Of a stretch of 64,000 nt of DNA, positions 10,633-19,817 are shown piece after piece. The position numbers were made by a program, and so were the translations under genes. Within the stretch, counting starts at the first letter, position 1. Each line of letters starts with the position of its first letter. The stretch lies in assembly GCA_963664225.1 (NCBI GenBank), contig OY760937.1, positions 1,376,001 to 1,440,000 of the forward strand, in the 5' to 3' direction. Source of the stretch: Verrucomicrobiia bacterium. Its GTDB lineage: Bacteria; Verrucomicrobiota; Verrucomicrobiia; Limisphaerales; UBA1319. The notes beneath the pieces were generated by a model. That model was given only the letters and a program-made list of their open reading frames with translations, made no database searches and was not told where the DNA came from.

Positions 10633-10980
10633 TTAAAAATGTGGCCGGGCCGCGTCTTCAAGGAACACGATTCCAACTCCTCCAAGTGATTGGACTGGAG
10701 GACGCGGAGTTAACCGGTATGATCCGGAGGAAAGACAAAGAGTCAGGCAGCGTGCTTCAAACTGGGAATGCCACTGGTCGATCAGCGCAGGGCATTTGGC
10801 CACGCCTGCCCACTGGTTTCCCGCGATTAAGCCGAAGCAATGGGACATCATGCTGCCAAAGCGGGAGGCCGCGAGTGCAACGAGAAACGAGCTGTTGGCG
10901 CTGCCAAACAGCAATTTCGCGCATTTGGTGCTATCACCGAAAAACACATTCAGGGCCATGAGTTGCATGATGTGCTCCAT
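10633..10980 (-). pseudogene. Possible decayed N-terminus of an FtsX/DevC-type ABC permease
   Basis: MALNVFFGDSTKCAKLLFG...SFLVALAAS...FGLIAGN resembles permease N-termini from memory; remainder looks non-coding; purine-rich RBS and shared motif upstream. Confidence 0.35.
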
Positions 10981-11063
10981 TCCTTTTCCTTCAGTGTTGG
11001 TGGTCGTTGTATATCACACTTCAGAAACCAATTCGACGACAATCTGCTCAGTTTCTCACATTA

Positions 11064-11108
11064 ATGTTGCACCGAAATGTGTGGTTTAGCTATGGGGTGA
11101 AACCCCAC
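11064..11108 (-). promoter_or_regulatory. Bipartite upstream motif, copy 2 (GTGGGGTTTCACCCCATAGC-N18-GCAACAT on minus strand)
   Basis: Matches 5103-5148; contains imperfect palindrome TGGGGTGAAACCCCA. Confidence 0.55.
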
Positions 11109-11213
11109 TATGGATTGTAAAACACTTCCAGCCGAAGAGGTTCCAGGCGATTTTCCTTTTAAAGAACTTGCAGCTGTGACGCCGCCATCGAATCCTTGAA
11201 GCACATTTCCTGA

Positions 11214-11630
11214 GGGAGCTTCACCTCGCGCCTGAGCATGAACCTGCGCGAGGACAAGCATTGCTCCTATGGCGTGCGTTCTTCGATTGTGGATGCGATC
11301 GGTCAGCGGCCCTTCCTTGTTGTCGCTCCCGGTCAAAGGGACAAGACCAGGAAAGCCGTCCAAGAGTTAAGCCGGGAGTTAAAAGGGATGGTGGGCTCGC
11401 GACTGGCGTCTGCGGAGGAACTCGCCAAGGCGCAGAAGGACGAAACCGTTACGCTTGCGGACCGATAGGCAATCAGCTCTTCGGCCGCACATTCCATTGG
11501 CGAAATCGTTAATTGTGGCCTCCCGGCGGACTGCTTCATTAAACATTCAGACACTGTTCTTGAACTGAAGCTCGACGATCTGAGCCGCGCCGCTGGTGAA
11601 GTGGTCTATCCCGATCAGATGGTCTGGGGC
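11214..11630 (+). pseudogene. Fragment of an M16 (insulinase-like) zinc peptidase C-terminal domain
   Basis: GSFTSRLSMNLREDKHCSYG...GQRPF...EELAKAQ, in-frame TAG at 11466, then SIGEIVNCGLP...VVYPDQMVW in the same frame; no N-terminus. Confidence 0.7.
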
Positions 11631-11745
11631 GAACGTCATTGGCGCGGTTATCGAGACCGCCCACGTCGGAAACTCCTTGGCAGGGGAAGATGGGATTGGG
11701 CTCGGTCTGACAGGTGCGCTGAGGATTCGTGCCATCGGCATTCAC
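11630..11745 (-). pseudogene. Truncated DGC-domain (putative zinc-binding) gene start
   Basis: GTG overlaps the upstream stop (GTGA); PIFPCQGVSDVGGLDNRA resembles DGC-domain IFxCSGxSDVG...DRAAR; breaks off against the M16 fragment. Confidence 0.45.
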
Positions 11746-12470
11746 GACAGTGTCAGATTGGATGGGGTTGTTGCCGATTTTAAAAGACCGTCTTCCATCT
11801 CATAGGTCCGGTCGAAGACATCCAACGAGCGCTGGTCGTGGGTGACCACGAGGACAGCCGCGCCACGTTCGTGAGCGACCTTGCCGAATAACTCCATCAC
11901 CTGGCGTCCGCGATGGCTGTCGAGGGCGGCGGTGGGTTCGTCGGCGAGAATGAGGTTTGGCTGATTGGCCAGCGCCCGGGCCACGGCCACGCGCTGCTGC
12001 TGGCCGCCGGAAAGCGCGTCGGGAAGGTTGTTTGCCCGGTCTGCCACGCCAAGGTAATCAAGCAACTCCATCGCGCGTTCCCGGGCCGCGTGTGCAGAGA
12101 CGTCGTTGATCTCCATTGCAATCGCAACATTTTCCAAGGCATTTAGGAACGGAATGAGATTCGCCTTCTGGAAAACGAAACCAAGATGTTTGCGGCGGTA
12201 AGCGCGCACGTCCACCAGGGCGCGGCTGCCATCCATCACCGGTTCTCCACCGATGATGATGCGTCCGGAGGTGGGTGGGTTGATGAGGCCGATGGCAGTG
12301 AGAAAAGTGGATTTTCCCGCGCCGCTTGGACCGAGCAGGGCCACGACTTCACCATGCGCCAGGATCACGGAAACGTCTTTCATAGCCACGACCTCGGTGT
12401 TGCCCGAGCCGTAGATTTTCGTCAGGGCGACGGCTTCCACCGCATTGGTGTTATTGGAGGTTGTGGTCAT
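11742..12470 (-). CDS. ABC transporter ATP-binding protein (MacB/LolD type)
   Basis: GPSGAGKS, LSGGQQQRV, ILADEPT, VVTHD. Confidence 0.95.
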   Translation of the reverse strand: MTTTSNNTNAVEAVALTKIYGSGNTEVVAMKDVSVILAHGEVVALLGPSGAGKSTFLTAIGLINPPTSGRIIIGGEPVMDGSRALVDVRAYRRKHLGFVFQKANLIPFLNALENVAIAMEINDVSAHAARERAMELLDYLGVADRANNLPDALSGGQQQRVAVARALANQPNLILADEPTAALDSHRGRQVMELFGKVAHERGAAVLVVTHDQRSLDVFDRTYEMEDGLLKSATTPSNLTLS

Positions 12471-13678
12471 GATAATATCTTATTGGGTTCGACGCGCATG
12501 GCCTTGATGATGCCTACCAAACTTGCCAGCACGGAAATTCCCAACACGATGCCTGCCAGCGAGAGCAAGTCCTGTGGCTCGATGATCACGAATCGGGGAA
12601 ATCTCGGGAAGGCATATGTGCCCAGCCAATACGCCAGCCCATAACCGAGCGCTCCGATGAGCAACGCCTGCTGGAGAATCAGGCCGACAATCACACCGTT
12701 GCGCGCTCCCATTAACTTGAGCATGGCGATGTCGTGAATCTTGTCCATCGTGAGGGTGTAGATAATGAGCGCCATGATGATGGTCGAGATGATGATGAGC
12801 AGAGCGCGGAAGAGGCCGAGCTGGCGCCTGGCCTTGTCCACCATGCCGGAAAGCAGCAAGTCCACCTGCTGCTGTTTGGAATAGACTGTAACGTCCGGCC
12901 ACTTCGAGATGGTTCCGGAGACCTTCGCCACATCCGCCCCAGGCTGAAGGGTCAACATGATGGCGCTGACTTGAGGTGGCGCAAGGGCAGGAATGCCGCT
13001 GACGGGACCCATGGCGCGTTCGAGCAATAGGGGTTGCACACGGCCAATATCCTGGGCCTCGGCCCGCGTGCGACGCGATTGGCGTTCCAATCGGCTGACT
13101 TCTCCGGGCAGATCGAATTGAATGGCTTCCGCGTCGCTTGTCGTAAAAAAGCACAAGCCGTCGCCTCCGGTGCCAACCATGCCGCTGGTAATGCCAACGA
13201 CCTGGTAAATGTCCTTTCCGAGCTTTAATTTCTCACCGAGTCCCAGCTTCAAAGAGCGGTCTGCAATCATTTCAAAATGCGCATTCCTCAAGGGACGTCC
13301 CGAAATCAGTTTCACCCAATCGCCCCTGTCTTCAGGCCAGGAAAGTCCCTGCACCACCATGCGCAGCGTTTGGCCGCGATGCTCACGTTGAATTGTGTGT
13401 GAGACGAAGCGTCGCGCTCCAGCCACACCTGGCACGGCGCGCACCCGATCTTCCAGATTGGCAGGCATGCGCGAGATTTCCGCGAATGGCCCACGTGTGC
13501 TCCCTTGAACGACCCAAAGGTCGGCGCCGATGTTGTCCACGAGCAGTGTGGCTTCACGAATCAGTCCCCTGTAAATGCCGCCCATGCCCATCACGATCAT
13601 GAGGAGCAGGCCGATGCCGACGGTGGTTAATGCAAACCGACCGAAGTTGTGGCGAATGTCTTTGATTGCAAGGTTCAT
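12467..13678 (-). CDS. ABC transporter permease (FtsX/MacB type)
   Basis: One TM, large periplasmic domain, three TMs; DIAMLKLMGA; ATGA overlaps. Confidence 0.9.
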   Translation of the reverse strand: MNLAIKDIRHNFGRFALTTVGIGLLLMIVMGMGGIYRGLIREATLLVDNIGADLWVVQGSTRGPFAEISRMPANLEDRVRAVPGVAGARRFVSHTIQREHRGQTLRMVVQGLSWPEDRGDWVKLISGRPLRNAHFEMIADRSLKLGLGEKLKLGKDIYQVVGITSGMVGTGGDGLCFFTTSDAEAIQFDLPGEVSRLERQSRRTRAEAQDIGRVQPLLLERAMGPVSGIPALAPPQVSAIMLTLQPGADVAKVSGTISKWPDVTVYSKQQQVDLLLSGMVDKARRQLGLFRALLIIISTIIMALIIYTLTMDKIHDIAMLKLMGARNGVIVGLILQQALLIGALGYGLAYWLGTYAFPRFPRFVIIEPQDLLSLAGIVLGISVLASLVGIIKAMRVEPNKILS

Positions 13679-14847
13679 TGCAGGGCGACCTTTTGGCCGG
13701 GTTTGAGGGACGTTTGCCTGGAATCAAGCGGAGCAACGACTTGTTCTCCGGCCGACAAACCCCGGGTAATTTCAACTGTCTCACTTCCCCGCAAGCCGAG
13801 CGACACATCACGCCATGCGGCATGTCCTTTTTCCGAGACGAACACACCCGGTTTACCCGCTCGCCATTGAATAAATTGCTGCGGCACAACCAGGGCATCC
13901 GTTTTGCGCCCGGTCTCGATGAATACCTCGGCACGCTGGCCCACGGTCCAGTTGGCCGGCAGATTATTGACGGCAACATCCACCAGGAATTCGCGCGTCT
14001 CCCGGTCCGTTTCGCGACCGAGCCGCTTAACCGTCCCGGGATGATTTTTCTCAGATTCAGAACGGAATACCACGCGCGCCGTCTGGCCGGTGGCCAGGCC
14101 AGCGGACGCGGTTTCGTCCACCCAGGCGGACACCCAGATTTCATTGGTTGAGATTATTTGAAGGATCGAACTGCCGGGGACGACCACGCCACCCGCATCC
14201 CGGTCGCGTCGTGTGACCAGACCGTCATACGGGCTGAGAATCCGGGTGAAACTCAACCGCTCCTGTTGATAGGCCAGGTTTTTCTCCGCTGTGATGATTT
14301 GCCGTCGTGCCTCCACCGTGGCGGCGCGGGCGCGTTGAAGGTCGGCTTCCGCCACGCGCAGCAGCTCGATGGCTTTGTCGAATTCGGATTGCGAACTGAC
14401 TTTTGTGCTGACGAGTTCGGACACGCGTTTGTGGTCCTGTTGTGCCTGCACCTCCACCGCCTGGGCGCGGGCTTCATCCGCCAGAACGCGTTCGGCGGTG
14501 GACTTCGCCGCGGCAACGGTTGCCTCAGCGACTTCCACCTGACCCTTGAGTTCGCCATCATCGAGGCGGGCCAGCAACTGCCCGGCTTTGACAGAATCGT
14601 TTTGGTCCACAAGCACCTCCGCCAGCCGCTCCTGGATTTGCGGGCTGATGGTGGTCTTGATCCGGGCTTCGAGAGTGCCCGTGCCCATGACCTCGGCGGT
14701 GATGGGACCATTTTTGACTTCGTAACCGAGCACGCGCGTTGGAGCGAATTTTACGCGGTAAAGCAGGACGAGGACGATGGCCACCAGCGCAATCCATTTC
14801 GCTGACTTGCGGAGAACTGATAAAAAGCGGGTTCGTGATTCGTTCAT
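13675..14847 (-). CDS. Efflux periplasmic adaptor (membrane fusion protein)
   Basis: N-terminal anchor, VKAGQLLARLD, coiled hairpin, ILSPYDGLV, GLSAGEQVV. Confidence 0.9.
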   Translation of the reverse strand: MNESRTRFLSVLRKSAKWIALVAIVLVLLYRVKFAPTRVLGYEVKNGPITAEVMGTGTLEARIKTTISPQIQERLAEVLVDQNDSVKAGQLLARLDDGELKGQVEVAEATVAAAKSTAERVLADEARAQAVEVQAQQDHKRVSELVSTKVSSQSEFDKAIELLRVAEADLQRARAATVEARRQIITAEKNLAYQQERLSFTRILSPYDGLVTRRDRDAGGVVVPGSSILQIISTNEIWVSAWVDETASAGLATGQTARVVFRSESEKNHPGTVKRLGRETDRETREFLVDVAVNNLPANWTVGQRAEVFIETGRKTDALVVPQQFIQWRAGKPGVFVSEKGHAAWRDVSLGLRGSETVEITRGLSAGEQVVAPLDSRQTSLKPGQKVALQ

Positions 14848-14885
14848 ATATGTAAGGGGCGGTGGGATATTTCAGCGACTGGGGG

Positions 14886-15986
14886 CTACATGATCATGTT
14901 GAATAGATAGCCCACCAAAAGGATTCCCAGCGCCACAACGCCGAAGAAGGTCGCGATAAGCCGGGGCTTGAGCACCTTGCGGAGGATAATGGCCTCGGGC
15001 AGGGAGAGTGCTATGACGGACATCATGAACGCCAGGACTGTGCCCAGAGCGGCGCCTTTGCCGAGCAACGCCTGCACAATCGGGATGATGCCCGCCGCGT
15101 TGGAATACATCGGGACCCCAATGACCACTGCCAGTGGCACGGACCACCACGCGCCTTTACCCATGATGGAGGCCATGAAATTCTCTGGCACGTAACCGTG
15201 AATGCCCGCGCCGACGCCGATGCCAATCAGCACATAGAGCCAAACGCGTCCAACAATGTCCTTCACCGCGTCCAGGCCGGAACGGATGCGGGCTGACCAG
15301 TCGAGCGATTCTTCAGCGGCTCCATTGCCGAGTGGAGTCTGGTAAACCCAATCCTCGACGTGCTTCTCCATGTGCAAACGGCCAATAACCCAACCGGAAA
15401 CGATGGCGATGATGAGGCCGGTGCTGAGGTAAAGGGCTGCCACTTTCCAGCCAAACAATCCGAACAATAGAACCAGGGCGACTTCGTTGACCATCGGTGC
15501 GGAGACCAGAAAGGAGAACGTTACTCCCAAGGGGACCCCAGTTGTGACGAAGCCGATGAACAAAGGGACGGCCGAGCAGGAACAGAAAGGGGTGACGATG
15601 CCCAGTAGCGCCGCGAGCACATTGCCGACAGACTCGCGTTTGCCGAAGAGAATCCGGCGTGTCCGCTCCGGTGTGAAGAAAGAGCGGACGATGCCCACGC
15701 CGAATACGACCAGGGTGAGCAGCATGAGGACCTTGGGGGATTCATAGATAAAGAACTCCACGGATGAACCCAGGTGCGAACCTTTCGTCAGCCCGAATAG
15801 CGCATAGGTGAACCAGGACGCAAGCGACGCCAGACTTCGGTAGAGGAACCACCAAACCAGAAGCACGACAAAGCCCAACACGATATAGCGAAGGAGCGTC
15901 TGCTTGGGAACTGCCGGGGCGGGGCGGTCTGCCGACAGGTTCGTCGGCATGGGACTGGAGATTTGTTTGCGGCTCATCTCAGACAT
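14886..15986 (-). CDS. DUF318/ArsP-family permease
   Basis: TPFCSCSAVPLFIG, SAPMVNE, GVPMYSNAAG, ALSLPE. Confidence 0.9.
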   Translation of the reverse strand: MSEMSRKQISSPMPTNLSADRPAPAVPKQTLLRYIVLGFVVLLVWWFLYRSLASLASWFTYALFGLTKGSHLGSSVEFFIYESPKVLMLLTLVVFGVGIVRSFFTPERTRRILFGKRESVGNVLAALLGIVTPFCSCSAVPLFIGFVTTGVPLGVTFSFLVSAPMVNEVALVLLFGLFGWKVAALYLSTGLIIAIVSGWVIGRLHMEKHVEDWVYQTPLGNGAAEESLDWSARIRSGLDAVKDIVGRVWLYVLIGIGVGAGIHGYVPENFMASIMGKGAWWSVPLAVVIGVPMYSNAAGIIPIVQALLGKGAALGTVLAFMMSVIALSLPEAIILRKVLKPRLIATFFGVVALGILLVGYLFNMIM

Positions 15987-16020
15987 AATTACGGTCGTGA
16001 TTTGGAATTCACAGGTTGTC

Positions 16021-16719
16021 TCATGCCGCCGAGTAGATCAGCCAGATGCCGCCCAGAAGGACCAGAACGCCGCAGATGGATTTGATCACCGTGACGCCTT
16101 TGGATTGCTCGTTCCAATTGAGGAAGCGTTGGACGACTTCGGTGAAGGTTCCCGCGAGAATGATGACGGAACAATGCCCAATCCCGTAAGCGAGCAAAAG
16201 TGAGGCACCGTAAAGTGGCGCCGACCTGGCGAGTTTAAAAGTGACACCGAGCATCGGTGCCATGAAGGCGAAGGTGCAGGGCCCGAGCGCAATCCCGAAG
16301 ACGAGGCCGAGAATGAATGCGGCAAACAGGCCCTTGCGTTTCAAATTCACCTGGCCTGGGCCGGACCACGGCATCGGAATGACACCGAGCAGATTCAAGC
16401 CTACAACAAAGAAGATTGCCGCCACGAAGTAATTCCCCCAGTGCCCCACATCGCCCATCATCCGGCCCGCCATCGCCGTAATGGCTCCGATGGCCGCAAT
16501 CGTCATTAGAATCCCGACCGCAAACAGAGTCGCAATGCCCGAGGCGCGCGCTGTCGAGACGCGTCCTTGACCGCTGATGAACCCCACGATCAATGGAATG
16601 CTCGCCAGATGGCAGGGGCTGAGAATGATGCTGAGAATGCCCCAGACCACCGATGCGCCCAGCGCGAGCATGGGAGCGCCCTCGACGGCGTGACTGAGAC
16701 TTGTGAAGAGTTGCTCCAT
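16021..16719 (-). CDS. ccdA: CcdA/DsbD-beta thiol-disulfide transporter
   Basis: LSPCHLASIP and LGPCT conserved Cys motifs; about 6 TMs. Confidence 0.85.
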   Translation of the reverse strand: MEQLFTSLSHAVEGAPMLALGASVVWGILSIILSPCHLASIPLIVGFISGQGRVSTARASGIATLFAVGILMTIAAIGAITAMAGRMMGDVGHWGNYFVAAIFFVVGLNLLGVIPMPWSGPGQVNLKRKGLFAAFILGLVFGIALGPCTFAFMAPMLGVTFKLARSAPLYGASLLLAYGIGHCSVIILAGTFTEVVQRFLNWNEQSKGVTVIKSICGVLVLLGGIWLIYSAA

Positions 16720-16721
16720 GG

Positions 16722-16946
16722 CTATTGTGGGCGATTGGTGAGCGATTCGCTGGCAGCACTAAGAGCTTTCGCATTGGTGGCTGCGACTGTCAGCACAGAG
16801 TTGGTCGGCAGGGGCTCCAAGTTGAATAAGAGTGGACAACATGAGCCGCCGGCACATGCCGCGCGCTGTTCTTGCCGGGCCGTCAAGAGGGCTGCTGCCG
16901 CGATGAAAACAGTGCCGACGAGAAGTGTGCGGCGGTCGGGTTTCAT
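16722..16946 (-). CDS. Small exported Cys-cluster protein
   Basis: Fills the gap between operon genes (1-2 nt spacing); signal-like N-terminus; CAGGSCCP. Confidence 0.55.
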   Translation of the reverse strand: MKPDRRTLLVGTVFIAAAALLTARQEQRAACAGGSCCPLLFNLEPLPTNSVLTVAATNAKALSAASESLTNRPQ

Positions 16947-16947
16947 A

Positions 16948-18234
16948 TTATTTGCACTCGCCAAGTTTGCAGGCCTTTGCAATTTGGTCGGGTGTGAGCT
17001 TCATTTTGTCTGCGAGCGCTTGGGCGATGGTGATTTGTCGGCCAGTCATTGCCGGGCGAGCCTCAAGCCACTTGTTAAGATTGTCCTCGTTAACGAAGAA
17101 TCCCTGTTTGAAGCAACCGGCTGAGACCCACTTGCCTTCCGGGGCTTTTTTCTGCCCAAACCATGCGATGGCGGATGCCGGTTCCAGCGATGCTACCTGG
17201 CCATCCAATGTTTTCACGCGAATCAGCTCGCCGGTCTGGCTATCCTTCGCCTCAACTTCGATGTCCTGCTTCAGTCGTGCGGCCACGCCAATTGCGCAGT
17301 GCGTGCAGCAGCCGTATCCGTGAGTGGTTCCAAATTTTACGCCACACGCGTCTTCGGGATATACAGCGCGGTCGCAAAAGGCGCAACGCGTGGTCAGTTC
17401 CTTGGAGCGAAACACTTCCCAAGCCAGGAGATTGCCTGGATTAGTCTGCTGTTCCTTTGTGGCCGCAGCTTTGTCAGCGAACGCTTTGATCGTGGGGCGA
17501 CCTTTAGCGTCCATGCCGTAGAGATAGAATGCGGTGGTGGCGGCTACGAGATTGCCACTAGCCCAATCGGTCACGCTCACTTTGGCCTCTTCAGCTTTAG
17601 GGTCCGCGCCCACGATGCTGGAGAAGTAGATGAAATAGCAATGCGGTGAGCACAGGACGCGCTGCTCGGCCTGTCCTTTCACGACCGTCCTTGTCTTCGG
17701 ATCCACATCGCCGTCACACATGTAACAGACTTGATCGCGCGGGCGAGTGTCGGGTTTCACGGCTTCCTCGCGCACGTTTCCGGCCGATGCATTGCCGTTG
17801 CTCAAGTCGATGCCCAGTTCCTTCCACTTGCCGAGGATATCTTCTTTGCCAAAGAAACCCGTGTGGCGGAACAGTTCCCTGCCTTCGGCATCGAAGAAGA
17901 TCTGCGTGGGAATCATTTCAATGCCGTATTGTTTGCCCGCATCCGGATTTTTCCATACGTCAAGGAACTCGATGTTCACTTTCCCGGCGTACTCTTTTTT
18001 CAACCCCTCCAAAATGGGAGCCATCATTTTGCACGGAATGCATTTGTCCGCGCCCAGGTCAATGAGCTTGGGCAGCTTCGCGGTAACGCCTGGTGTTGCG
18101 TTTGTTTCAGCAACAGCCACAGGGAGAGGGGCCTTGCTGGCTTCGGCAGGCGATTTGGCGTTCTTCAGAGTCACCGCTCCAACGACCGCGAGCGCCAGCG
18201 CCAGAACAATGACGATTTTGACGGGAGTATTCAT
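16948..18234 (-). CDS. Exported thioredoxin + NosL-like + MerB-like multidomain protein
   Basis: Signal/anchor; Trx CIPC...IPTQIFFD; NosL-like CYMC...CSPHC...VTDWASG...AFY...AFADKAAA; MerB-like YGCCTHC...TG...EPA...GCFKQGFF...W. Confidence 0.8.
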   Translation of the reverse strand: MNTPVKIVIVLALALAVVGAVTLKNAKSPAEASKAPLPVAVAETNATPGVTAKLPKLIDLGADKCIPCKMMAPILEGLKKEYAGKVNIEFLDVWKNPDAGKQYGIEMIPTQIFFDAEGRELFRHTGFFGKEDILGKWKELGIDLSNGNASAGNVREEAVKPDTRPRDQVCYMCDGDVDPKTRTVVKGQAEQRVLCSPHCYFIYFSSIVGADPKAEEAKVSVTDWASGNLVAATTAFYLYGMDAKGRPTIKAFADKAAATKEQQTNPGNLLAWEVFRSKELTTRCAFCDRAVYPEDACGVKFGTTHGYGCCTHCAIGVAARLKQDIEVEAKDSQTGELIRVKTLDGQVASLEPASAIAWFGQKKAPEGKWVSAGCFKQGFFVNEDNLNKWLEARPAMTGRQITIAQALADKMKLTPDQIAKACKLGECK

Positions 18235-18265
18235 AATGAGTGTTCGTTTGAGTTGATCAAATGGT

Positions 18266-19042
18266 TCATGGTTTGATCTTCTGGAATAACGCCGGGAGCT
18301 TCGTGCGATACATCTCCGCCACCTGCGATTCCATCTCGGCCAGGGGTTTCACAGGAACGAGGTCCATCACTTGAGCGGGTGTCAGACCGGATTCGAGCAA
18401 TGTACGCGTGGCGCCACAAACCATGCGCTTCATCGCGGGGACAATTTCAGCGTCGCTGAGCCCAAAACCCGTCGCCACTTCGCGCAGGGCCTGAAGCTGG
18501 AACCACAGATAGGTTGGCCCCATGGCTGTGAGCAACGCGTAGCCTTCGAGCTTTTGTTCCGCCACTTCCGGGCACTCGCCCAGCGGTGTGAGCAAAGCGG
18601 TGACTTCCGCCTTGTCTGCGGCCGTCAAGGATGGCGCGAAGGCCACCGGATTAAAACCGAAGTTGACCAGGGATGGCGCATTGGGAATGACGCGCGCCAG
18701 CCGAGTGAATCCACCGAGCAGTTCTGAAAGTCTGGCAAACGTGAACTTGGGCGCGAGCGATACCACCAGCGCGCCGGGTTTGATGCCGGACTTGATGCCG
18801 CCGGCCACCTCAGCCATCGCCGGTGGATGAACCGCCAGAAAAACGATGTCCTGGGAGGGGGCCGCGTGGCTGTCTGTGGCCGTGTTGATGGATGGGAAGT
18901 TCGCTTTGAGATTCGCGAGAGTGTCCGCGTTGCAGTCGCTCACCACGATATGGGCCGGGAGGGTGTTCGCCCTTCTCCAGCCTTCCAGAAGAATACTTGT
19001 GACACGCCCGCCGCCAATGAAACCAATGCTTTTATTGCTCAT
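18266..19042 (-). CDS. ProC-like NAD(P)-binding oxidoreductase
   Basis: IGFIGGGRV Rossmann motif, FLAVHP, RVIPNAP, MGPTY; start at MSNKS. Confidence 0.8.
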   Translation of the reverse strand: MSNKSIGFIGGGRVTSILLEGWRRANTLPAHIVVSDCNADTLANLKANFPSINTATDSHAAPSQDIVFLAVHPPAMAEVAGGIKSGIKPGALVVSLAPKFTFARLSELLGGFTRLARVIPNAPSLVNFGFNPVAFAPSLTAADKAEVTALLTPLGECPEVAEQKLEGYALLTAMGPTYLWFQLQALREVATGFGLSDAEIVPAMKRMVCGATRTLLESGLTPAQVMDLVPVKPLAEMESQVAEMYRTKLPALFQKIKP

Positions 19043-19085
19043 GAAGGTCCTTTCAATTAAACGTTTCACGAATGATTTTGGAGGC

Positions 19086-19328
19086 TTACGCCGCCGCCTG
19101 TTGGAGAATCGCCTTGATCTCAGGGACGCTTGGCACCTTGCCAACGACCTTGATCGTGCCGTTAACCGCGAGGGCAGGGGTCATCATCACGCCCAGGGCC
19201 ATGATCTGCTTGAGATCGGTGACCTTGTTGATTTCAGCGGTGATGCCGAGTTCCTTGACGGCTTGCTCGGTGAATTGCGCCAGGGTTTTGCATTTGGCGC
19301 AGCCGGTTCCAATGACGAGTAATTGCAT
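19086..19328 (-). CDS. Small thioredoxin-like redox-active disulfide protein (MTH895-like)
   Basis: GTGCAKC, GVMMTPALAVNG, GKVPS. Confidence 0.9.
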   Translation of the reverse strand: MQLLVIGTGCAKCKTLAQFTEQAVKELGITAEINKVTDLKQIMALGVMMTPALAVNGTIKVVGKVPSVPEIKAILQQAAA

Positions 19329-19348
19329 AATAGGATTTTATTTTGAGA

Positions 19349-19777
19349 TTAGAATAATGCTTCGTAGAGCAGTCCGCTCAGCGTCGACATCACAATGACG
19401 AGCGACACATGGACCACCGTTTTCTTCGTGCCCAGGCGCCAGATACCTGCAAACAAAGGTAATACGGTGCAGGAGCAGACCGCCAGAATGGTGCCCGACA
19501 CCGACGCCACGCCGTAGGCCATGGGCTTGCTGGCCTTTGGGCCGAGATATTTCATGACTGAGGCCTGACTGACAAACACTCCAATGGCGCCGGCAATGAA
19601 AAAGGCGGGGACAAGGCACAAAATGACATGCTCGCGCGCATACCATTTCACTAATTCAAAGGCTTCGGTTATGGCGTTATCGAAACGTGGCACACCGACT
19701 GACAGATAAAAACACGCCAAAAACAAACCGACGATCAGGGACAGCGGCTTCCACTCGTCTTTCCAGTTCGTAGCCAT
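19349..19777 (-). pseudogene. DUF318-family permease with large in-frame internal deletion
   Basis: N-terminus AREHVILCLVPAFFIAGAI...AVCSCTVLPLFAGI joined directly to C-terminal GTKKTVV...SGLLY; only 142 aa. Confidence 0.65.
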
Positions 19778-19817
19778 TTAGCGGAGTCGATAAATGAAAA
19801 TTCAAAAAAAAGAGAAA

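Noticed and set aside
11466..11468. In-frame TAG as recoding (pyrrolysine or readthrough)
   Set aside because: The gene is truncated at both ends and TGG>TAG decay explains it; no pyl genes seen
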